Shown: piece by piece, positions 1 through 12,600 of the stretch
Layout of the letters: each line of letters starts with the position of its first letter
Numbering within the stretch: the first letter of the stretch is position 1
Assembly (NCBI RefSeq): GCF_037042905.1
Contig: NC_087245.1
Coordinates: forward strand, 6,450,001 to 6,514,000
Reading direction: 5' to 3'
Length of the DNA: 64,000 nucleotides
From: Lytechinus pictus
Lineage: Eukaryota
Notes under the pieces: model-generated
The model's database searches: none
Seen by the model: the letters and a program-made list of their open reading frames with translations, nothing else
Told to the model about the DNA's origin: nothing
Program-made: the position numbers and the translations under genes

Positions 1-231
1 TTGAAATGTTTTAATGTGAGGAGTATGTCATAGGCCTACTAGGAGTCTTCACTGGATAATGAAGAGTGAATTAATGTCTGCAGAGGTCTGTTTCTCAAAT
101 TAGGATGAGTTGTTATGCGACCAGTGGCAGTCATATAGGCATGGAGAAGTTCAAGTTGTCCAATCACTTTTCAGGACATTTTCGGCATGACATCAATCCT
201 CTAATCTTTAATGATACCCGATTCTTTACAG

Positions 232-327
232 AGTACAGCCCAACCTAACTACCGAGTACCTTCTCACCACTGTAAACCTAGTTATAGAAGTGGACAGCGG
301 TTTGTAGGTGGATACGATCGAAGAAAT
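232..327 (+). CDS. Penultimate coding exon of an unidentified upstream gene (STAQPNYRVPSHHCKPSYRSGQRFVGGYDRRN)
   Basis: Acceptor attctttacAG at 231, donor GTAAGT at 328; 96 nt open, phase 0-0; joins in frame to 1086. Confidence 0.6.
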
Positions 328-572
328 GTAAGTGTAACCAAAGCAAAATCAGTTAATGTCTAGTCACTGATGGTAATTCTGATAGTGAATATGAAAGGAA
401 AGTAATAATCGTAATTAATACACTAATGAAAATTTTTGATCAGGGCTGTTTCCATGGAAAATGGGAGAGAAAAAAATGCCATTTGACCCCTCCTCCCCCC
501 CCCCACACCAACTCGTAACGTATGGAAAAAGAACCTCTGAATAATATGAAATCACAGTAAATCTATGACTTA

Positions 573-1042
573 GAGGGGATTCACACGCTCGCATTTTGCG
601 TCATTGAGTGACGCGGCACTCGAATGATCATTCGAATGACGCAGTTACAGCATTTGAATGCAAATTAGCGTAATTCAAATGCGCAATTCAAATGATGGTG
701 GTTTAGAGGTGTTTCCCAGTGACGATATTCCAGAGTGACGGAGCGAAACAGCCGTGTGAATGTTTTGACCGCCAAAACGTAATTCTGGGGGCGGAGTTTA
801 TGGTGACCTTTCAATCACTTCCGCAGAAAAACCCGCTATTTTCTGCTCTGTGTTTGCAAATTTTAGCGATGCACGAGTGATTGACGGGGTACCAAAAAGA
901 AGCCACACCTCTTCTTATCGGTGCGAAACGTAAAGCCGCATCCCGAATCCTCCTGAGTCGTGTGAACGGAAGATGATTCTTACAATTTGGCATTGCAATT
1001 AAGCATTCAAATGACGCAAAATGCGAGCGTGTGAAACCCCTC
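573..1042. mobile_element. Non-autonomous TIR element (MITE), PIF/Harbinger-like
   Basis: 33-bp TIR GAGGGG(A/T)TTCACACGCTCGCATTTTGCGTCATT with one mismatch; flanks TTA/ATA (imperfect 3-bp TSD). Confidence 0.75.
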
Positions 1043-1085
1043 ATAATGACAGTTGTAATGTTAATAATATCTTGTCCAATTTCAG

Positions 1086-1412
1086 AGTTACCATCAAAAC
1101 CATGAACAATATTACAACCAAGAGTCTCCGCCGATTGAAAGGAACCATCACCACCATCAGGTACGACCGAGTCCTTCTCGGATTCCTTACAATCCTAGCC
1201 GCCGATCAGCGCACTACGATCCAACTCCTTCTTCAATATACAGACAAAGGGATAGGTGGGATACATCCATCTGTCAACATGGTCAACTGCACATATTCCG
1301 ACAAGAATGGGACAGGTCTATGCATCATCATGATCACTTTCAACCATCGTATGAACCCAATTTCCACCGTCACCACAATTTTCGCGATAGTATGAACAGA
1401 CGACAGAGATAA
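1086..1412 (+). CDS. Terminal coding exon of upstream gene; His/Arg/Tyr/Pro-rich low-complexity C-terminus (SYHQNHEQYYNQESPP...DSMNRRQR*)
   Basis: Acceptor aatttcAG at 1085; 108 open codons ending TAA 1410-1412 in a frame different from the listed ORF 1021-1395; AATAAA at 1700-1705. Confidence 0.6.
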   Translation, partial: SYHQNHEQYYNQESPPIERNHHHHQVRPSPSRIPYNPSRRSAHYDPTPSSIYRQRDRWDTSICQHGQLHIFRQEWDRSMHHHDHFQPSYEPNFHRHHNFRDSMNRRQR

Positions 1413-2181
1413 TACTAACAGATTTGGCAAAATTTTTAGTATGCTATCATCACTTATATTGTACTCATTCTGTGCTACAAACCCCTTCAAAAAAAGCAAA
1501 CACCAAACAAACAAAATGATGCACAGTAATGGTGGACTGACATTGCATTTAATTTTGGGTACATGTAATGAGATTAGAACATTATTGTTTTTTAATGAAG
1601 AGGAGAAGGTCCAAGAAAATAATTTCTCTCCATTAACTTGTATCGGAAGAAGGGTGCAGCTTAAAAAATTTGTGATTAAAGAGAATAGTTGTTTCTAAAA
1701 ATAAAGAGTATTGGTATGAAACTTTATAGCTGGTTGCGATGGCCTTAACTAATATGCAAGAAAGTAGAGCGATTGAGCAGGATTATCTACAATGCTTAAT
1801 TAATAGAAGCAATAACACAATGTGAACAGGGGTAAAGAGAGTTCAGATATGGTATGAACGGATTTTTAGTTTAAAGCAAATAAACTTGTAATAATTTGAT
1901 TTTATATCTATACACACATACACACACACACATACACACACCCTCACACACACATATATATTTGATTTGATTTATTTCCACGTTCCAATAACAAAAGTAT
2001 ATAAAAATGTAATCATTTTTTTCTCAGCATAACATAACAATAAGCAACTGACATAATGAATAACATATGCATACATACATTCTAACAATCCAATTGAAAT
2101 ATATGTAGATATATGCATTTACTAAACCTTTTGTGATTATTTCAATTGCATTGTTAGAATGTATGTATGCATATGTATGTA

Positions 2182-2240
<59 letters not shown>

Positions 2241-2242
<2 letters not shown>

Positions 2243-3030
2243 AGCTCAATTGCAAAAGGGGTTAGATCCATTTTGATTTTTTTTTCTCAATCTATGGACT
2301 TTTAGTAGCTCTATAAGATGATACCAAAGAAAAGTTTAGATTCCCATTTAAAAGTGGACAAAAATGGCAAAGAAAAATTTTTTTTTCAAAAGGGGCTAGA
2401 TCCATTCAAGTTTGTTTGCAAAGTCTACAAAGGTAATTTTTGGAAAAAAATATTTTAAAAAATATCAAGCCAGGCAGATTTCTCTTATACCCAATTTTTT
2501 GTTCACATGGTAGGCTATCAATATCATGACGGTTCAGTTTCGCTTAAGAATATTGCAATATATGATAAAAAAAATATTTTCTTGGAATAGTCTTAAGTGG
2601 ATCTAACCCCCCTTTGCAAACAACTCTTCTCAAGAGCTCATTTGCAAAAGGGGGTAGATAAATTTTTCATAAAATTTGATTATTTTTGGTCTCTCTGATG
2701 ATACCAAAGAAAAGTTGAAGTTCCCATCAAAATGTGAATAAAAATGGCAAAGAAAATCACTTTTTTTTATTCAAAGGGGGTTGGATCTATTTCAATTTGT
2801 TTGCAAAAGGGGCTCGATCCAAAATAGTGATTGTTTGAAAGAAATATTTAAAAGATATGTAGACAGGTAAATTTCTTTTATACCCAATTTTATGTTCACA
2901 TGGTAACTTAAAGGTAGTTTATCATGACAATTTAGTTTCGCATATGAATATTGCAATATGGGAGAATAAAAAACACATGATTTTCTCGGAATGGTCTAAA
3001 GTGGATCTAATTCCTTTTGCAAACAAACTA
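2241..3030. repeat. Head-to-tail dimer of a ~395-bp TIR-bearing repeat beside a (TA)n microsatellite
   Basis: Each unit starts TTGCAAAAGGGGGT(T)AGAT and ends GATCTAA...CCTTTGCAAAC; internal sequences are paralogous; (TA)n at 2187-2238 and 3202-3239. Confidence 0.7.
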
Positions 3031-3982
3031 ATATATTGCAAATCAAATCCAGTTAAGTTTATTCCAATCAAAAATGTTTATTCAATCCTCAAATTTTCGA
3101 TAAGCCTTCGTCTTCTTCAGGATTAAATAAACAATGATCAGATCAATCCATTGATCTGATCATTGTCATTTACTGAAGTCAATAAGTGGAACTATTAGAT
3201 TTATATATATATATATATATATAATATATATATATATATGCAGTGTGTTTAAATCCACGACGACAAGAGATCGTCATCATTCATTGTCATTAGTAGTTTG
3301 TTTGACAACGATGACGATGACATATCCGAGGGATGTTAAGGTTGCTAATCAATACGACTGGATCTATAGCAAGCAAGCCTTTTCAAAATTAAAGCTAGAA
3401 TTCGCTTTCCTAAAAGACAAAAAATACCAGTTCATTCACTAATTTGAATCTATGTGTGTTTTTTTATTTCCCCGTCTTAATTTGTCTGAATTTGCACCCT
3501 AAATACATAATACGCAGCACTATTTTGGGGTGCAATGTTGAACCCTATTTAAGCGAAAAGGTGCAAATACGACAATTATTCCCGTTTGCACAGAAAAAAT
3601 ACTAATTTGCACGTTTAACGATGCTAGAATGCATAATTGTTTCTTGAAGGAACCAACTCTGCATTCTGAAAAGATGCAAAATTAACGTAGCTAATTGCAT
3701 TAAAATTTGCATTGAAAAACTTCTGAGGGTGCAAGTTGTACCCCAAAAAGTTCTACCTAAAACGAAAAATAATGAAAGGTGCCATATAAACGCAGAAAAT
3801 ACACATATGATATAATAAATGTTTATAAACAACATCTCATAATTGCACAATAATAAAAAGAATATTTAAAATCAAAGTAATAAGATACGGTTTGAAAACC
3901 CATTTTCTGACATTAATATCCTTCATGGAGACCGAATGGAAAGAATAAAGGTGGGAAACATTTCTGTTCATGTTAATGATGA

Positions 3983-4343
3983 CCCGGGGGGGGGGCAGTC
4001 AAATGTATTGCTGTACACATGCTTGACCAAATTATTTCCAACACCCCCTGAACTCATGAGTTTTTTTCTGTGTGCAAAGTAACCCCCTAAACAAGTTTTT
4101 TTGCGGGCTTCATTTACACATGTTGGTCCCTAAACAAGTTGTCGCCAGAATATGACCCCTAAACACGTATGGCTAGTCTTAAAAAAAAAACTTACCCTAA
4201 ATATGTTTGACCCCGCGACCGGGCCCTGCGATTGACCATTGACCAGTTATTCAAAACCACCCCTTTTTTTTAAATCGGTGTTTTGATATCCTTTACGAGT
4301 GCATGCGCGGTACGCGTCTAAAACTGAAAAAAAAAACACCCCT
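3983..4343. mobile_element. Fragment of CCCGGGGG-terminated TIR element, cut off by a TTAA element
   Basis: Starts CCCG(G)n; internal repeated ACCC(C)TAAACA(A/C)G motifs shared with 18619-19181. Confidence 0.55.
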
Positions 4344-4347
4344 TTAA

Positions 4348-4850
4348 AGGACAAGTCCACCCCAACAAAAAAATGATTTGAATAAAAAGAGAAAAATCCA
4401 ACAAGCATAACACTGAAAATTTCATCAAAATCGGATGTAAAATAAGGAAGTTATCACATTTTAAAGTTTCGCTTAATTTCACAAAACAGTATATGCACAT
4501 CCTGGTTGGTATGCAAATGAGGAGACTGATGACATCATCCACTCACTATTTCTTATGTATTTTATTATATGAGATGTGAAATATTCTAATTTTCTCCTCA
4601 TTGTCAAGTGAAACAGTGATTGATTCCTCCCTGAACATGTGGAATTAGCATTGTTTAATACTATATGGTTCCGTTAAGTTGGTCCCTATGGTCGAATCTG
4701 TAAAAAATGACATATTGTATAATTCAAACAATAAAAAACAAAATAAATAGTGAGTGATATGGACATCATCGACTGACTCATTTGCATGTCACTGAGTTGT
4801 GCATATCACTGTTTTGTGAAAAATAAGCGAAACTTTAAAATGCCACAACT
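4348..4850. mobile_element. TTAA-flanked MITE family K1 (Kolobok-like), truncated copy
   Basis: TTAA|AGGACAAGTCCACCCC start; homologous, in opposite orientation, to 11285-11883. Confidence 0.75.
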
Positions 4851-6658
4851 GCTATTAAACTGCCTGGCAGCATTTGCTTGACGATTAAGCTATTGCTAAA
4901 AAGCCTATATAATGCATAAAGAGAACATTTTGCTTGTGCGTTTAAGCATTTGATTAAAAAAAAAGCTCCGTCAGAGCAGCTTGAGCATTTGCTTGATCAG
5001 GGCGTCAGCGTTTTATAATCATGTATGTATGCAACTGAGAGACGACCCCCACCCCCCCCCCCCCGCGTGTACAGGAGCCTACATTAACATGCTTTTTTCC
5101 TAATAAGTGCAAACCGAATTTAAACTATATTAATTATGTAATTAGTTTAGGGTTGAGAATTATAAGCTTATTTAGGGCTGGAAAATAATGTTCTAAGTTG
5201 TAGCTCGAATCAATCAATCATCAAACCAAAGGGGAATGAAGTGAATCTAGGAGACGCAAAAAAATTAAACTGAAGTCGAAGAAATCTGGTGTCGTGTCTG
5301 TGTCTCTGTGTGTGTTGAGTGTTTATTAAAAATCACTTCTCTTCTTATACCATAGGCCTGGCCCACATCAAATTTGTAGCTATAGAAACATAACACTGTT
5401 TAACAACACTATTCAAACTATCTTAAATCTAACCAATGAAATTAAAGAAAATAGGAGAGCCTAACTAAAATGTAGTAATCCAATTCATAATATAAATCAA
5501 TGAGGAATAAGATGAAGGTGAAGATGTCTGGGTGATTATGTAATAATGGCATTAGAAACTAAGGAGTCAGGTGAGGGATGGAATGAGTGCATGGAACACC
5601 TGAATAGAGAAGGAATGAAGATGACAAAAGAGAATCAGAGGAAAAGAATCCAATGTGGAGAGGATGAATGAAAACTGATTAAACTCAAATAAGTTCAGAC
5701 TGCAAGGGCAGTGCTGAAAAGAAGTGCAAATGAATTCAAGTCTAGACAGAACAGAAATAGAAAACAGCTGAAGAAAACACGAGTTAAAGAAAATGAACAA
5801 AATAGGAAACGACAAAATAACCATCCTACATTAGAATCAAGTATAAAAGGAATAGTTTGACACCACGTCTAAGGAAAAGATGTGAAATGAAAGAAGAGGT
5901 ATTTTGCACTCTGCATTCGAATCCAGCCTTTAGTTCGCGAGTCGCACGATGCGGCGCGCCGTGGCGTCGCTATTGGTTCAAACCGCTAGCAATTGCGTTT
6001 TGAAGGCAAGAAAAGGGTTTAAGCACAATCAATGGGTTATGCATACGAAATAAAGCAATTTGCTAAGGTAAGATCTTTTGATTTGCTAGCAATTGCTTGT
6101 GCTTTAAGCAATTGCTACTATTTATGCATCTGACCGGTTCCGATGCATTAAAAGTAGCAATTGCTTTTGCTTGGCATTTGCTTGACTTAATTTTGCTTGA
6201 TTCCGTAAAAATGAGCGAGCAAATGATTTTGCTATAGTAAGCTCGAGCGATTGCTAACTGCGCCTGCTAGAATTAACCGTCTTAACTATTTCCTCGTGAA
6301 AGAAATTCTGTAGGGATCTGCGATCGTTTCCTAACAATTACAGAATTATTTACTTCGCAGAAAGTCCACGACATAAAAGAGAGGAGTCCTTTCGTCGGCG
6401 TACTACTCACTCTTTTCCCGGACTCTTTTTTTGTTATATTACGTAACGTCTCAGAATGCGAGGTGAGCGACAATCTCCAACCCACAACCCTCACTATATC
6501 TCAAAGGGATAAACGAGTATAGGCTCTCAGGTACCTTAATGACTTCTATAATTGGGCGATAACATCGTTTACCTCCTGGAACAAAATGGCGCTTTGAAAT
6601 TAAATTCATATTTTGGATAATTCAGTGCTATAGAGAGAGGAGAGCAGAGGTGATCAGA

Positions 6659-6670
6659 ATGAATCGAGAC
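6659..6670 (+). CDS. Candidate first coding exon (MNRD)
   Basis: ATG AAT CGA GAC followed by strong donor GTGAGT; phase 0 matches the acceptor at 12246, which has no Met of its own at its start; CpG-rich sequence upstream. Very short, so inferred. Confidence 0.5.
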
Positions 6671-9600
6671 GTGAGTATATTTTGTTTGATGAGGTTTGAA
6701 GGTTCGTACGGTGGTATGAACAATCGCGGAAGTGGCTTATGGTTACGGTACACCGACCATGGGACAGTCCTGGAAGGACCGAGATAAAAGTGGATAGAAA
6801 TATGGAAAGGCGAAAAAGTGGAGGTTTGGGAGTAGAGTATTATTTTGTAAATGAGTGCAGTCCTAAAAAAGACTGTAAACCAGAAGGAGTGGAAGGCTGA
6901 ATATTAGGCAGGTTGGGAGGCATGGGGAGGCATGATGGCTTGAGTTGTAGTATTGGAGCTGCATGTATACTGCATTCGCCGACTCAAACCAGCCTTTTCT
7001 CATCTACATGTCATACTATTTACAAAAATATGTAAACGATGCCATACATAACATGAGATGTTTCCTTGAACAATATACATGTATAGACTACCGTTAAAAA
7101 ATACACACAGTCTGACCTTTGCAACGTTTCTCAATTTTCAAACGATTACGAATCAATCTTTTGAATAAACAAAGTATATACCCAACTTATGAAATATGCA
7201 ACTCCCGGCTTTCTGTTCGAATAAAAAAAAGAATTGTATATATAATAAGAAAATTTAAAATTCTATATCTTTTTAAAGTCGTTTCATTTTATCAAAGTAC
7301 CAACATTAATATCGAGCTTAATTTTTACAACTTGATATACAGTACAGTGCTACTCATTCCCCCCAAAAATAATTGTTTTCTTACACGTTACAAATAACAT
7401 TGTCCTGTATGTCACCGTCGTGTGAACATAAAAAGGATTGTCTCTCAACTTCTTAACTGGGCGTTGTGGCGTGCGCCTGTAATCCAAGCTATGCGTGGAA
7501 GTTACAAATTGATGCAGAGGTTCGAGGTTCGAGCCCTGGTCACGTCTTTCGGATGGTGACGTTAAAGGTCGGTCCCAGACGTAAATAATCATATCTGATT
7601 GATACACGTCTGACAAAACTCAAATACACACACACACACTTCCACAAAGTGTATCAATGAGGTAAAACATTATGTAATATTATGACTTGTAATTAAAATG
7701 TGTTCTATTTTCTTTGACAGCCTGTTAATGATATAACCATAGTATTACAGATTTCCAATTAATCTCTTCTTACAAAATTTCTTCCCATCTTTCTTCGGCT
7801 TGAGACACATATATTATTTGCGATAAGGATGCAAAATAACTTTGACCTTCTTTTCTTATTTACATTCATCAAAATAAACGGCAAAATATCTATATTTTTT
7901 ATTGCATAATTTTATAATACAAACTCAATTTTTTTTTCAGTCATTTGATTTGGCATTCATTTCAATATTGTACTCCAGAAAAATGGTAGCATATTTTTTT
8001 TTCCAGATATGTATTCTATTTCTTTAAATGATTTAATTTTTTAATATGAAATTATGTCTCGTACGTTCAAAATTCCAGTATCGAACCATCTTTTAAACAA
8101 CATATTTCCATTCCGGTCTTTGAATAGCCACAATATTTCCTTCTTAATCTGAATGGTCTGAAAACCTGTTTTCTTTTTAATAGTTTCTTTGAAATTCAAC
8201 CATGCTTAAATAATCGCCTTATAATACTGTCGCATTTTATTTTTATCAATATATAACTTTATTTTACAGTAACTGTGTAGCACTCAAATTCTCCAAACTG
8301 AGAAAGGAAACTATCAGTAAATTTCGATTCTATGTTATTATGCTAATACAAAATCCATTTCAATTAAAAGCCTTGGGGTAACATTCAAATCCACCATTTT
8401 AAGTCCACCAAAACTGATTTTTTTTTTTGCAAAAAAAACTAATTTTCTATGTACCTAATCTGTTTTTCCACTTCATAAAAATGAATACAGTAATGCAGTT
8501 AAAAACCTTACATTTTCTGGCATTGTAATCATTCAGCATGCTACAAATTTGAGAGATGAGAAATGTTTTGGTTATGATTATTTTTCCTGTTAAGTTGGGC
8601 GACGTGCATCGCATGTTTTTATTATTAGACGTTCTACTTTCAATATTTTTGAACTACACTTCAGATCCGAAAGATTCAGTTCATTCCCCCAAAAAACTTA
8701 ACATTTGAATAAGTCCAAGGAATATATTTTACATTTTTTCACCAACTGAACCATCTTTTAATATTTTGGATCATTTTGTTTTATTCAAATACAATCCTGA
8801 AAAAGAGCTATACTTTTCTTCTTGGTAAATAATTTGTGTAAAGCAAGAGTATCGTTAACAAATATTGTTGCATCGTCTGACCAATTCAAAATTTTATTGA
8901 TTTCAACTGTATAAAAAAATTTTAATTCCTGTAATTTCTGGATAATTTCTTATCTTCATAGCTAATACTTCTGCAGCAAGGAAAAATAGCAATACGGAAA
9001 GGGGGCACCCTTGGCGCCTACCTCTCGATATACGGGTCGTGTGGTCCAGTGGTTAGAGTATTGGACTCACAATCACAAGGTTGTGAGTTCGAATCCCCAC
9101 TCTGCCATTGTCTCCACTTTGATAAAAAGGCCCGAAAGTAATATCTGTCGTCTGTAAGGTCAGCCATTATGACTGATTAACGTAGACGTAAAAATGTTTC
9201 CTAGGTAATTTGTTATATACCAGCTTGGCGTTTACCAGCAAAATGCTGTCCTGTCGAGTTCCTACAGGAGTTACCATAAACAGATACTAATCTTTTCTGT
9301 TAGCCATCTGTTTATGTTGACGTAACTCTTAACATTATTTTAAAAAATGTGACCCAACTACACAAATTATCTTTAAATCGATGACTTTGCAAACATTCAA
9401 ATAAAAAAAATCTTGACTTAGGCTATCAAAAGTCTATTCTAAAATCAGTCAGTAATGTATTCCCTCATTAAGCATGATATTTAAAGTAATAAAATATAAC
9501 CTCGATCAATCTGACATTTTCAGATATACTTCCTCTTTATATACCTGGTTATCTGAGATTAATGTAGGTATTTCCTTTTGTAACCTTTGGGCTATAACTG

Positions 9601-12600
9601 AAGCTGTTATAATCGTAGTTTAGGAGACAGATAGGTCTCCAATTATCCAATCCAGATTTGTCACCTTTTTGTACAATAATTTTATTACAGCTTGTTTTGA
9701 GAGTTTGATAATTCGTAACACATTCAAAACTCTCATTTAAAGCAGATAAAAGTGGAACTAATAATTTCTGTCCAAAAGGTTTGATAAAATTCGACTTTAA
9801 AACCATAATTCCCCGGTGGTTTATTTTTATCAAAATCGAAAACAACCTTTTTACATCTGGTTAAGATAAAATTCCTTCAGCAGTTCACACAAATCTGCAA
9901 GATCGTTAGATAATTTTGGGAGAAAGTGTTGCTGATTTGTTATCCTTACGTAATAACAAAATGGAATTATCATCAATATTTCTCTTCTCTAATGACGTGA
10001 ACTATCTTGAACACTTTTTTTACCTTCCTCAAACTAATTTACTCTTGACCTTACAATTAAACCCATGCATTATTGTTTATATCATTTATCTTCCAATGGC
10101 TCAGTAGTCTTTTCATAATCTTTTACCATGTCTATATTTTTTCCTCCATTTTTTTAGTTCCACATTTACTCGTTCAGCTTGAACAGTTTTTCTTCTAAGA
10201 CACTTTCATCATTTTCATTTTTTTTCTTATGCTTTGCATATCTAATAATTTTGCATATTTCTGACGTTTGACGCCAGGAAATTGATAGTTCTTTTTTTTT
10301 CTTGGACTAGGCCATTTATATATTTTCTTACCTTACCACAGTAATCATCGTTTGTCAATAAATTTGTATTCAATTTCCAAACGCCCGGACCTTTATCATG
10401 TTTATTCGTCCCATCAGTTTTGATTGTAATGGTGACGGTGATATGGTCACCGCTGGCTACTGGTCTTAAATCTGTGTGTTTTTTTATCCTTTTAATTCTT
10501 TAATTGAATGTGTCCATCCTTGAATAACCAAATGTGAATTTACATTCTTTGGACAGAGCTTTTGTTTCTGTGTATTGTAAACATCTTTGAAAAATATCTC
10601 TGTTCAAATAAATGTTTGGTGCGTATGATATAACTGATATAAACAACTACGTATTTGAATCGACTGTATTTCACATTCTACAATAAGCAACCTTCCAGCA
10701 CAATCTTTATATTTTGCTAGATATTTTTTATTTTAGTCTGCCTTGCTTAAAGGTGAAGTCCACCCCAGAAAAATATTGATTTGAATCAAAATATAGAAAT
10801 CAAACAAGCATATAACACTGAAAATTTCATTTAAATCGGATGTATAATAAGAAAGTTATGACGTTTTAAAAATTCACCTATTTTTTACAAAACAGTACGA
10901 TATATGCACAACTCAGTGATATGTAAATGAGAGAGTTGATGATGTCCATCACTCACTATTTCTTTTGTTTTTATTGTTTAAATTATGCAATATTTCAATC
11001 GTTACAGATTTGGGAATAATGACCAATAACTTGACTGAACCACAAATGTCAAAGCAGTGGAAATTCCACATATTCCATGTATTCAGGGATGAATAAATCT
11101 TTGTTTCACATTACAATGAGGAAGAAAATTTAAGTTAATGTGGTGTATTTCATAATGACTGGAGTACCAGGGCCGGGGATCGAACCCCGGACTTTCATGC
11201 GTCCCGTCAGGCGCCTGAGACCACTCGGCCACGGTACAGATGGATAAGCAGATATCGAATCGAGTTATCGGTTACACTCTTTAAAGGTCAAGTCCTCCCC
11301 CAAAAAATGTTGATTTGAATAAAAAAAGAAAAATCTAACTAGCATAACGGTGAAAATTTCATCAAAAATCGGATGTAAAATAAGAAAGTTATGACACTTT
11401 AAAGTTTCGCTTATTTTTCACAAAACAGTTATTATGTACAACTCAGTGACATGCAAATGAGACAGTCAATGATGTCCCTCCCTCCCTCACTATTTTTTTT
11501 TTTATTGTTTGAATTATTTTTTTCCATTTCTTTACATGACAATTGGATCAACTTGACTGAACCATATAGTATTAAAACAATGTTAATTCCACTGTTCAGG
11601 AAGGAATTAATCTTTGTTTTCACGTAACAATGAGGAAAAAATAGAATATTCCATATCTAATATAATGACATACAAAAGAAAAAGTGAACGGATGACGTCA
11701 TCGGTCTCCTCATTTGCATACCGACCAGGATGTGCATATAACTGTTTTGTGAAATTAAGCGAAACTTTAAAATGTCATAACTTTCTTATTTTACATCCGA
11801 TTTTGATAAAATTTTCAGTGTTATGCTTGTTGGATTTTTCTACTTTTATTCAAATCAACTTGTTGTTGGGGTGGTCTTGTCCATTAACTAATGAACTGTG
11901 AATGTTAAAGTACATGTAAGAATTGTTGGGAAATCTATGTCCTATTCATTTGTCGCTACATCGAACCATTGGATGCTGAGTCAAAAAGGGACCCCTATAT
12001 TGTTCGTTGGTTACAAGAAGTTTCAGAACATGGTTGTGTGGACAATCTTTAGCATATAAAAGTATGGTTTGATTTAAGTTATCTGTTCTAATTTTTCTTT
12101 CATTGCGTCTTATAAATTATTTTGCCTTTGACGTAAATCAAAGACCATCTAGACATTGTTTTTCGTAATTCGTGAATATATACCTCTTAAAACATTGAAA
12201 TATGCTTTAAAATATGTAATTCATACGATCATTTCACGTTCACAGAGAATATCCTATTACTATGACCAAGAAAGTTCTGGAAATCCAGTCTTCACAGTTC
12301 AAAATGATGTCAACCGTCATAGCACCAGGCACAACCAGCACTCATCAAGACCGAATCATGACCGGGAAGAACCAACATATCACGCCAATTGGAAGTTTAA
12401 TAGAAATTCTTCTGAATCTGATCGACGACATTCAGAATTGAGATTAAACGCAAACATAAGCAAATTTAATTCTTCTCATGAAACTAATTTCAGAGAGAAT
12501 TCATCTAAGAGACGCGGTCAGATGACACCTTCAAATCCAACCGATTTTAAGCAACACTCGATGAAACAAGCACTCCACAATCAAAACTATTTCCCGGAGA

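Larger units (their letters stand above)
7000..10745 (-). mobile_element. Decayed L1/Tx1-like non-LTR retrotransposon ORF2 (endonuclease, RT, Cys/His remnant)
   Basis: Minus-strand motifs: SGDH (EN end), [35 protein letters not shown] (YADD position); many stops and frameshifts; ends approximate. Confidence 0.85.

Noticed and set aside
1021..1395. 124-aa ORF in the supplied track
   Set aside because: Begins inside a MITE TIR; the splice-compatible exon uses a different frame (1086-1412).
4850..6270. Clusters of AGCAATTGCT / TTTGCTTG motifs at ~4860-5000 and ~5985-6260
   Set aside because: Probably ends of an old transposon, but I could not define TIRs or a TSD, so no call is made.
7456..7639. 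Human Alu contamination or a functional 7SL gene
   Set aside because: Only about the first 45 nt are 7SL/Alu-like; there is no S domain, second Alu arm or poly(A), and it is embedded in a native decayed LINE.
9034..9110. Functional tRNA genes here and at 62894
   Set aside because: Cloverleaf stems are imperfect and the sequences continue into SINE bodies; the 62894 family has several copies in the window.
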